Positions 54,932 through 64,000 of a DNA stretch of 64,000 bases are shown piece by piece. This stretch comes from an uncultured Gammaproteobacteria bacterium (GTDB taxonomy: Bacteria > Pseudomonadota > Gammaproteobacteria > DRLM01), in the NCBI GenBank assembly GCA_963729605.1, contig CAVSNY010000007.1, positions 1,024,001 through 1,088,000 of the forward strand, written 5' to 3'. Every line of letters begins with the position of its first letter. Within the stretch, counting starts at the first letter, position 1. The position numbers were made by a program, and so were the translations under genes. The notes under the pieces are model-generated. The model was not told the DNA's origin. It made no database searches and saw only the letters and a program-made list of their open reading frames with translations.

Positions 54932-55091
54932 CGGCCCGATCATTTTAAGCGATGCGGGTTAAGCGATGCGGGCCGCCAAGGCGGCGAGTGCCGGTTCTTC
55001 TCATTTCGAAATAGTTTCTCGGCGAGTTTGGCGTCTTGGCGGTTGACCGCCGGCGGCGCTGTAACGCGGCAAATACCAAATAGAGGTCAAG

Positions 55092-55898
55092 GTGCAAAGT
55101 TTATTTGACGGTGCCGCGGCGTGTATCGCCGAGTGCGACGCGGCGGAGAAGGCGCGCCTGAGCCGTGAAACCGCGGCACGCTGGCGCGCGGGCGAATTGG
55201 ATTTGACACAGGACGCGCCGCCCGCGCCCATCGGCGAGCCGGGGCGGCCGGCGCGACCCGCGCTGGTGGCGCCGCGCGATCTGGCGCGCCGCACACTCAC
55301 GACGCTGGAAGGGCGCGTGGCCTTGATCCACGCCGTCGCCCATATCGAGTTCAACGCCATCAATCTCGCCTGGGACGCGGTGTATCGTTTTCGCGGCATG
55401 CCGCCGCAATTCTACGCGGACTGGACGCGGGTGGCCGACGAAGAGGCGTATCACTACACCCTGCTGCACGGACGTCTGCGGCGGCTCGGTTATGACTACG
55501 GCGACTTCCCCGCCCACGACGGCCTGTGGCTCACGGCGCGCGAGACGGCCCACGACGTGCTGGTGCGCATGGCGCTGGTGCCGCGGGTGCTCGAGGCGCG
55601 CGGGCTGGACGTGACGCCGGGCATCATGGAACGGTTGCGCGGCGCGGGGGACGAAGAGACCGTGGCTTTGCTGGAAATCATTTTGCGCGACGAGATCGGT
55701 CATGTCGAAATCGGTTCGCGCTGGTTCCGCTGGCTTTGTGTACAACGCGGCCTCGCGCCGGAACCGACGTTCCAAACACTGATCGGACAATATTTGAAGG
55801 GCGGGATCAGAGGCCCGTTTCATCGCGCGGCGCGTTTACAGGCCGGTTTCAGCGAAGAGGAATTGAGCGCGCTCGAGCAGCTCGATAAAGCGCCGTGA
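55092..55898 (+). CDS. Ferritin-like DUF455 protein
   Basis: HAVAHIEFNAINLA, EARGLD and DEIGHV motifs. Confidence 0.88.
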   Translation: MQSLFDGAAACIAECDAAEKARLSRETAARWRAGELDLTQDAPPAPIGEPGRPARPALVAPRDLARRTLTTLEGRVALIHAVAHIEFNAINLAWDAVYRFRGMPPQFYADWTRVADEEAYHYTLLHGRLRRLGYDYGDFPAHDGLWLTARETAHDVLVRMALVPRVLEARGLDVTPGIMERLRGAGDEETVALLEIILRDEIGHVEIGSRWFRWLCVQRGLAPEPTFQTLIGQYLKGGIRGPFHRAARLQAGFSEEELSALEQLDKAP

Positions 55899-55997
55899 CG
55901 GTGCCGGGAAGCGGTTCGAACTTGAGTCTTTCTTTCGGCGTGGGCCGCGCCGCGATGCAGGACATGGCGGCGGCGCGGCCGCCGATGCGGGAGCCGC

Positions 55998-58406
55998 TCA
56001 CGGCAGTGTGTCGTTGCCCAGGTCCCGTTCCGCCGCCAGCACCTGCGGCAGCATGGTGAGCACGCTGTCGGCGTTGAGTGAAATCGACTCGATGCCGCGG
56101 CTCACCAGCCAGCGGGTGATCTCGGGATAGTCCGAGGGTGCTTGGCCGCAGATGCCGATGTATTTGCCCCGCGCGCGACAGGCCTTGATCGCCATCTCCA
56201 TGAGTTTCAGCACGGCGCCGTTGCGTTCGTCGAAGCCGGTGACGATGCCGGAGTCGCGGTCCACGCCGAGGGTGAGCTGGGTGAGGTCGTTGGAGCCGAT
56301 GGAGAAACCGTCGAACAGCGTTAGGAACTCGTCGGCGAGCAAGGCATTGGCGGGGATCTCGCACATCATGAAAATCTTCAAGCCCTGTTCGCCGCGGCAG
56401 AGGCCGTGTTGCGCCATCAAATCCAAAACCTGCCGCGCCTCGCCCACGCTGCGCACGAAGGGGATCATCAGCGCGACGTTGTCGAGTCCCATCGTTTCAC
56501 GCACCTGTTTCATCGCCGCGCATTCCATGGCGAAGCATTCGGCGAAGCTCGCGGCCGGATAACGCGAGGCGCCGCGGAAGCCGATCATGGGATTCTCTTC
56601 CTTGGGCTCGTACGCCTCGCCGCCGAGCAGCGCCGCGTATTCGTTGGACTTGAAGTCGCTCAAACGCACGATTACCGGCTTGGGGTAAAACGCCGCGGCG
56701 ATGGTGCCGACGCCCTCGGCGAGGCGGTCGATATAAAACGTCCGCGGATCGGGATAACCGGCGATCAGCGGGTCGATCCGTTCGCGCAGCGCGGGCGCGA
56801 GCCGATCGTACTCGAGCAGCGCGCGCGGATGGATGCGGATGCTGTTGTTGATGATGAATTCCAGCCGCGCGAGGCCGACGCCGTCGTTGGGCAGCTGGCA
56901 GACCTCGAAGGCGGTCTGCGGATTGCCGACGTTGATCATGATGTGGGTGTCGGGCCGCGGCAATGCCGACAGGTCCGCCGTTTGCTTGCGAAAGGGCAGT
57001 GTGCCTTGATACACGTAACCGTCGTCGCCCTCGGCGCAGGACACGGTCACCGCGCCGCCCGAGGCGATGCGCTGGGTGGCGTCGCCGCAGCCGACGATGG
57101 CGGGGATGCCGAGTTCGCGCGCGACGATGGCGGCGTGACAGGTGCGGCCGCCGCGATTGGTGACGATGGCCGCGGCGATCTTCATCACCGGTTCCCAGTC
57201 GGGGTCGGTGATGTCGGTGATCAACACCTCGCCGGGCTCGAGTTCCCCCATGTCCTTGGCTTCGAGTATCACGCGCGCGGTGCCGGCGGCGATCTTCTGG
57301 CCCACGCTCTTGCCGGTGGCGAGCAGCGGGCCGCGCTGTTCGAGGCGATAAGTTTCGAGCGCATGAGAGGCCTTGCCGGCGTGCACGGTCTCCGGCCGCG
57401 CCTGCAGGATGAAGAGTTCATTGCTCTCACCGTCCTTCGCCCACTCGATGTCCATGGGCATGGGGCGGCCAGCCTGTTTGGAATAATGTTGCTCGATCGC
57501 CACCGCGTACCGCGCGAGTTGCAGCACCTCGTCGTCAGTGAGCGCGAAACGTTCACGCTCTTCTTTTTTCACCGGGATATTGCGGGTGGAGACGCCGGCC
57601 ATGGCGTCGGCGGCGTAGACGAGTTTGCGTTCCTTGCTGCCGAGCTGGCGTTTGAGGATGGGGCGATGGCCCGAGGCGAGCGTGGTCTTGAACACGTAGA
57701 ATTCGTCGGGGTTGACGCTGCCCTGCACCACGTTTTCGCCGAGGCCGTAGGCGGCGTTGATGAACACCACGTCGCGGAAACCGGTCTCGGTGTCGAGCGT
57801 GAACATCACGCCGGCCGCGCCGAGGTCGGCGCGCACCATCTTCTGCACGCCGATGGAGAGCGCGACGCTCATATGATCGAAGCCCTGATCGACGCGATAC
57901 GAAATCGCGCGGTCGGTGAACAGCGAGGCGAACACGCGTTTGCAGGTCGCCAATAGATTAGCGGTGCCGCGGATGTTGAGATAGGTCTCCTGCTGACCCG
58001 CGAACGACGCGGTGGGCAGATCCTCGGCGGTGGCGGAGGAACGCACGGCCACGTCGGGGCTCGCGTCGTATTCGGCGGCGAGTTCTTTATAACCGGCGCG
58101 GATATCGGCGGCGAGGTCGTCGGGGATGTCGCCGCGCATGATCCACTGGCGGATCTTGGCGCCGGTGACGGCGAGGGCGCGCACGTCGCGGGTGTCGAGA
58201 TCTAGCAGCGCATCGTGGATGCGCTGGTCGAGGTGATTGTGCGCGAGATAATGGCGATAGGCGGCGGCGGTGGTGGCGAAGCCGTTGGGGACCCGCACGC
58301 CCTCGGCGGCGAGGTTGCGGTAGAGTTCGCCCAGCGAGGCGTTCTTGCCGCCGACCACTCCCACATCGCCGACGCCGAGTTCGTTGAAGCGGCGAATGTA
58401 TGACAT
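55998..58406 (-). CDS. ppsA: Phosphoenolpyruvate synthase
   Basis: GGKNASLGE, TCHAAI and SIGSNDLTQ motifs. Confidence 0.95.
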   Translation of the reverse strand: MSYIRRFNELGVGDVGVVGGKNASLGELYRNLAAEGVRVPNGFATTAAAYRHYLAHNHLDQRIHDALLDLDTRDVRALAVTGAKIRQWIMRGDIPDDLAADIRAGYKELAAEYDASPDVAVRSSATAEDLPTASFAGQQETYLNIRGTANLLATCKRVFASLFTDRAISYRVDQGFDHMSVALSIGVQKMVRADLGAAGVMFTLDTETGFRDVVFINAAYGLGENVVQGSVNPDEFYVFKTTLASGHRPILKRQLGSKERKLVYAADAMAGVSTRNIPVKKEERERFALTDDEVLQLARYAVAIEQHYSKQAGRPMPMDIEWAKDGESNELFILQARPETVHAGKASHALETYRLEQRGPLLATGKSVGQKIAAGTARVILEAKDMGELEPGEVLITDITDPDWEPVMKIAAAIVTNRGGRTCHAAIVARELGIPAIVGCGDATQRIASGGAVTVSCAEGDDGYVYQGTLPFRKQTADLSALPRPDTHIMINVGNPQTAFEVCQLPNDGVGLARLEFIINNSIRIHPRALLEYDRLAPALRERIDPLIAGYPDPRTFYIDRLAEGVGTIAAAFYPKPVIVRLSDFKSNEYAALLGGEAYEPKEENPMIGFRGASRYPAASFAECFAMECAAMKQVRETMGLDNVALMIPFVRSVGEARQVLDLMAQHGLCRGEQGLKIFMMCEIPANALLADEFLTLFDGFSIGSNDLTQLTLGVDRDSGIVTGFDERNGAVLKLMEMAIKACRARGKYIGICGQAPSDYPEITRWLVSRGIESISLNADSVLTMLPQVLAAERDLGNDTLP

Positions 58407-58421
58407 GGTTTTACCTCGCGG

Positions 58422-60074
<1,653 letters not shown>

Positions 60075-60196
60075 TTATTTAACGACTCGGGCGGGGACCG
60101 GCGCGGACTTGAAATCCACGGCGGCCATCCCCACCTCTTTTGCTCACTTTAGCACTTCAGTATCGCGAATACACCGGTTAAAAAAGGGAGGCAGCC

Positions 60197-62086
60197 ATGA
60201 CTGTAGCCGCGCACAGGGAGACCTTGGATTTTCAGGCCGAGGTCCGGCAGTTGCTCAAACTGATGATCCACTCTCTTTACTCCAACAAAGAGATTTTTCT
60301 GCGGGAGCTGATCTCCAACTCGTCGGACGCCTGCGACAAGCTGCGCTTCGAGGCCCTCGGCGACGAGGCTTTGTATGAAGGCGACAGCGATCTCAAGATA
60401 CGCGTGTCCTTCGACAAAGAGGCGCGTACCGTCACGGTGTCGGACAACGGCATCGGCATGAGCCGCAACGAGGTGATGGAAAACCTCGGCACCATCGCCA
60501 AATCGGGGACGCGGCAATTCCTCGAATCCCTTACCGGCGACAACGCCAAGGACACCCGGCTGATCGGCCAGTTCGGCGTGGGTTTTTATTCGGGTTTCAT
60601 CGTCGCCGACAAGATCACCGTGCTCACCCGCCGCGCCGGCCTGGGCGCGGAGCACGGGGTGCGCTGGGAGTCGGACGGCGAAGGCAGTTACGGTATCGAG
60701 ACCGTGGAAAAGCCGACCCGCGGCACCGAGGTGATTTTGCATTTGCGCGAAGGCGAGGATGAGTTTCTCGACGACTTCCGTTTGCGCGCCATCATCCGCA
60801 AATATTCCGACCACATCGCCTTGCCGGTGGTGATGAAGACTAAAGGCAAGGACGGGGCCGACGGCGAGGATGAAACCGTCAACCACGCCTCGGCGCTGTG
60901 GGCGCGCTCCAAAAAAGAAATCAGCGAGGATGAATACAAGGAATTTTACAAACATGTCGCCCATGATTTCGAAGACCCGCTGGCCTACGTGCATTCCCAG
61001 GTGGAGGGGCGGCAGTCCTACACGACTTTATTTTACGTGCCGCAGCGCGCGTCCTTCGATTTGTGGGACCGCGACAAGCGCCACGGCGTGAAACTCTACG
61101 TGCGGCGGGTGTTCATCATGGACGCCGCCGAGCAATTGCTGCCCAATTATTTGCGTTTCGTGCGCGGCGTGGTGGACTCCGACGATCTGCCGCTCAACGT
61201 CTCCCGCGAAATTCTCCAGCATAACCGCAACGTCGAGGCGATCCGCTCCGGCTCGGTGAAGAAGATACTCGGTCTGCTGGAAGACCTCGCGAAAAACGAG
61301 CCGGAGAAATACCGGACCTTTTGGGGCGAGTTCGGCCGGGTGCTCAAGGAAGGGCCGGGCGAGGATTTCGCCAACCGCGAGCGCATCGCCAAGCTGCTGC
61401 GGTTCGCCTCGACCCATAACGGGGATAATGCCGAAACCGTAGCGCTCGACGACTATATCTCGCGTATGAAAGAAGGCCAGGAGAAGATCTACTACATCAG
61501 CGGCGAGAGTTACGCCGCGGCCAAGAACAGCCCGCATTTGGAGGTGTTCCGCCGCGAAGGCATCGAAGTGTTGTTGTTCTCCGACCGCATCGACGAATGG
61601 TTGATGTCCCACCTCAGCGAGTTCGAGGGCAAGCACTTTCAATCGGTGGCCAAGGGCAGTCTGGATTTGGGCAAGCTCGGCAACGAGTCGGCCGCCGAGG
61701 AGATCAAAAAGGCAGAAACGGAATTTAAAGACGTGCTGGCCCGCGTCAAGGAGGCCTTGGGCGATAAAGTGCAGGAAGTGCGCATCAGCCAGCGCCTCAC
61801 CAACTCGCCGTCGTGCCTGGTGCGCGAGGAGCACGACATGGGCGCCGGTCTGCGCCGTATGTTGAAATCGGCGGGGCACGACGTGCCGGATGTCAAGCCT
61901 ATTTTGGAAATCAACGCCGGCCATCCGCTGGTGGCGCGTCTGCAAAAAGAGCACAACGAACGGCGCTTCGGCGACTGGGCCGGCATCTTGTTCGATCAAG
62001 CGACCTTGGCCGAAGGCGGGCAGGTTGAAGACCCCGCCGCGTTCGTGGCGCGCTTGAACGATTTGCTGTTGCTTCTGCCGGAATAG
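60197..62086 (+). CDS. htpG: Chaperone HtpG (Hsp90)
   Basis: [24 protein letters not shown] and LPLNVSRE motifs. Confidence 0.97.
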   Translation: MTVAAHRETLDFQAEVRQLLKLMIHSLYSNKEIFLRELISNSSDACDKLRFEALGDEALYEGDSDLKIRVSFDKEARTVTVSDNGIGMSRNEVMENLGTIAKSGTRQFLESLTGDNAKDTRLIGQFGVGFYSGFIVADKITVLTRRAGLGAEHGVRWESDGEGSYGIETVEKPTRGTEVILHLREGEDEFLDDFRLRAIIRKYSDHIALPVVMKTKGKDGADGEDETVNHASALWARSKKEISEDEYKEFYKHVAHDFEDPLAYVHSQVEGRQSYTTLFYVPQRASFDLWDRDKRHGVKLYVRRVFIMDAAEQLLPNYLRFVRGVVDSDDLPLNVSREILQHNRNVEAIRSGSVKKILGLLEDLAKNEPEKYRTFWGEFGRVLKEGPGEDFANRERIAKLLRFASTHNGDNAETVALDDYISRMKEGQEKIYYISGESYAAAKNSPHLEVFRREGIEVLLFSDRIDEWLMSHLSEFEGKHFQSVAKGSLDLGKLGNESAAEEIKKAETEFKDVLARVKEALGDKVQEVRISQRLTNSPSCLVREEHDMGAGLRRMLKSAGHDVPDVKPILEINAGHPLVARLQKEHNERRFGDWAGILFDQATLAEGGQVEDPAAFVARLNDLLLLLPE

Positions 62087-62141
62087 TTCGGCACAATCCG
62101 GTTCGGACGGGAATGATAGGGACGTCCAAATAACAGGGAAA

Positions 62142-62179
62142 GGGCGGCGGTATTCTTAAGGGGGTGCCGCCGCTTTTTC
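62142..62179 (+). terminator. Terminator after htpG
   Basis: GCGGCGGTATTC...GGGTGCCGCCGC followed by TTTTT. Confidence 0.6.
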
Positions 62180-63190
62180 ATTTTCAAGGCGGATGATTCG
62201 CCCTCGTGGCACACCTGTTTTGTGACCGTTTCGTGAAGGTCATGTTCTCGCCTCCGTGCATCTCGCGGCTGAACCGCGTCTTTCCCGCCGAGTGGTCAAA
62301 TTCATCGAACGCGTCGGCAATCGTTTTCCCGAGCTGAGCACTCGGTTTTTCGGCGCGGCGGCGCCTTCCCCCCGAAGTGGCCGGTCTCACCGCGAGCGCC
62401 GATTGGTGAACAAGAATCTGCCGTCGATTTGCTTATGGCGAATGATTTGCGGTCCCGCCGGTTGATGGTGCCGCCGTTTAGCGGGGAATTCGCGGCCGCC
62501 GGTTTGGCACGTCGGCGGATTCCCCTTGAGGTGGCTGCTTGATTTATCCCTCCCTATAAAAACCGCCAGTCGGGCCGTTGTAATCTGCCATAGACGTTTA
62601 AAATTCCCCGCGGCTTGCCGCAGGGGGCAAGGCGATGGAGGATGCTCTCTTCGGGGATTCATTCCCCATGCGCAGTCAGACCCATTTGGTTTTAAGGACG
62701 CCCTCAATAATTCCATCCTGGAATTCTCAGGGTAAGGAAAGTGAAAAATGCCATTTTCGCTTTCCTTTATTTTCATGTCTAACCGCCATTGAAAATGGCG
62801 GCGCCTCCGTGTGCCGCGGGAATATGTGAATAAATCAGAGATTCTTTTTTAAAGCGGCCGGCCGATGAAGGAATCTAATGGGTGGCAGGTTCGGCCCGCG
62901 TTCAGCGCGTTTTTCCCGGTCTTAACTTCCATTGAGCCGCTTTCAATGAATTCCCGCTCCCGCCGGGCCGGTGGAGGCGTCAGGGCGTGCTTGGCCCCCG
63001 TTCAAGATTTTCCGGGTCCGACCGATTTAATAAGCAAGCGGCAGGAGGCCCGGTTTGGTCCGTTCGCTCGCGGTTGTCGGTACCAATCCATTTATAAAAT
63101 TGGGACGAAGATCACAGTGGCCGGCCGAGTCAAGCTCTAGCATGGGAGCGGCTTGGATAATAAACCGCCTGTCGTGGCTGACAAGTATGG

Positions 63191-63712
63191 GTGATGCAAA
63201 TGCAACGCGGATTCAGTTTAGTAGAACTCATGATCACCATCGCCGTTTCCGCCATCATCATGACCATGGCGGTGCCTTCCTTCAGCAATATGGTGCTGAA
63301 TGGCCGTTTGACATCCAGCAGCGAGGAATTGGTGAAAGGCTTGCAGCTGACCCGCAGCGAGGCGATGCGGCGCGGCATGGTGGCCACCATCTGCGCCAGT
63401 AACGGCGGCACGTCCTGCAACGGCACTTCCTGGAATCAGGGCTGGATCGTGTGGGTGGACGTGAACGGAGATAACGCCGTGGCGGCCGGTGAGATACAGC
63501 GCGTGTTCGGCGCGTTGGCGGCCACCCAACAACTCACCAATGTCGAGAATGTTCTCACTATCAGTTATGCGGCCAATGGTTTCTTGAATGGGGTCGCCCC
63601 CGGTGCTCTGCGCAGTTTTGCCGTGTGTGATGAACGGGTCGGCGAAACGGGCCGCAGCGTGGTGGTGCGGGCCTTCGGTCACATCAGCACTACCTCCACG
63701 GTTTGCGGTTGA
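63191..63712 (+). CDS. fimT: GspH/FimT family minor pilin
   Basis: RGFSLVELMIT prepilin motif; RSEA and W..GW motifs. Confidence 0.85.
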   Translation: MMQMQRGFSLVELMITIAVSAIIMTMAVPSFSNMVLNGRLTSSSEELVKGLQLTRSEAMRRGMVATICASNGGTSCNGTSWNQGWIVWVDVNGDNAVAAGEIQRVFGALAATQQLTNVENVLTISYAANGFLNGVAPGALRSFAVCDERVGETGRSVVVRAFGHISTTSTVCG

Positions 63713-63719
63713 ACAGGCC

Positions 63720-64000
63720 ATGAATAAACCTATATCCCCTTCCCTCCAACCTTGGCGTTTCTCCCGCGGCTCGTCGCTCATGGAGGTGCTGATTACCGTG
63801 CTGGTGATGGCGATCGGTTTGCTGGGGGTGGCGCAGATGCAGATCAGCGGTGTGCGTAATCAAAGCGACGCCTTTCAACGCAGCATCGCCATTCAACAGG
63901 TCACCGACATGGCGGAGCGCATGCGCGCCAATGTTCCTGGCGTCGCCAATTACGTCACCGCCAACGCCGCGGGCACCAACCCCGGTTGCATTACGGCGGG
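63720..64000 (+). CDS. pilV: Type IV pilus minor pilin PilV (partial)
   Basis: RGSSLMEVLITVLVMAIGLLG...DMAERMRAN; runs off the window end. Confidence 0.85.
   Translation, partial: MNKPISPSLQPWRFSRGSSLMEVLITVLVMAIGLLGVAQMQISGVRNQSDAFQRSIAIQQVTDMAERMRANVPGVANYVTANAAGTNPGCITA

Noticed and set aside
62500-62520. TTGGCACG as a sigma-54 promoter for fimT
   Set aside because: No TTGC at the -12 position and far from the start codon

Overview
GC-rich gammaproteobacterial chromosome segment (possibly a chemolithotroph, suggested by an Acidithiobacillus-type PDH E2-E3 fusion). The backbone is mostly housekeeping: pstA'-pstB(frameshifted)-phoU, sodB, oxoprolinase B, grxD, rnt, pyrC, a MacAB-like exporter, srkA, a sulfate uptake operon (yezD-like, porin, sbp, TOBE, cysTWA), a leucyl aminopeptidase, pdhAB plus a fused E2-E3, kefB/C, two MCPs (one with a nonsense codon), ppsA, pgm, htpG and the start of a fimT-pilV minor pilin operon. 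Accessory content is concentrated in two lower-GC islands (about 7.9-9.6 kb and 35.7-40.0 kb) and a remnant at about 43.0-43.7 kb. These are integron gene-cassette arrays with clear attC sites but no integrase in the window. Both main arrays start at a similar attI-like simple site, and both end at a copy of the same ~162-bp inverted-repeat mini-element, which appears to derive from a Y1 (RAYT-like) transposase and lies next to GTAG-type REP hairpins. Two intact-looking IS3-family elements with 3-bp target duplications are present, as are a GlyGly-CTERM repeat protein and a PEP-CTERM protein with a sigma-54 promoter. No rRNA, tRNA or CRISPR array was seen. All family assignments are by eye from recalled motifs; no searches were run.
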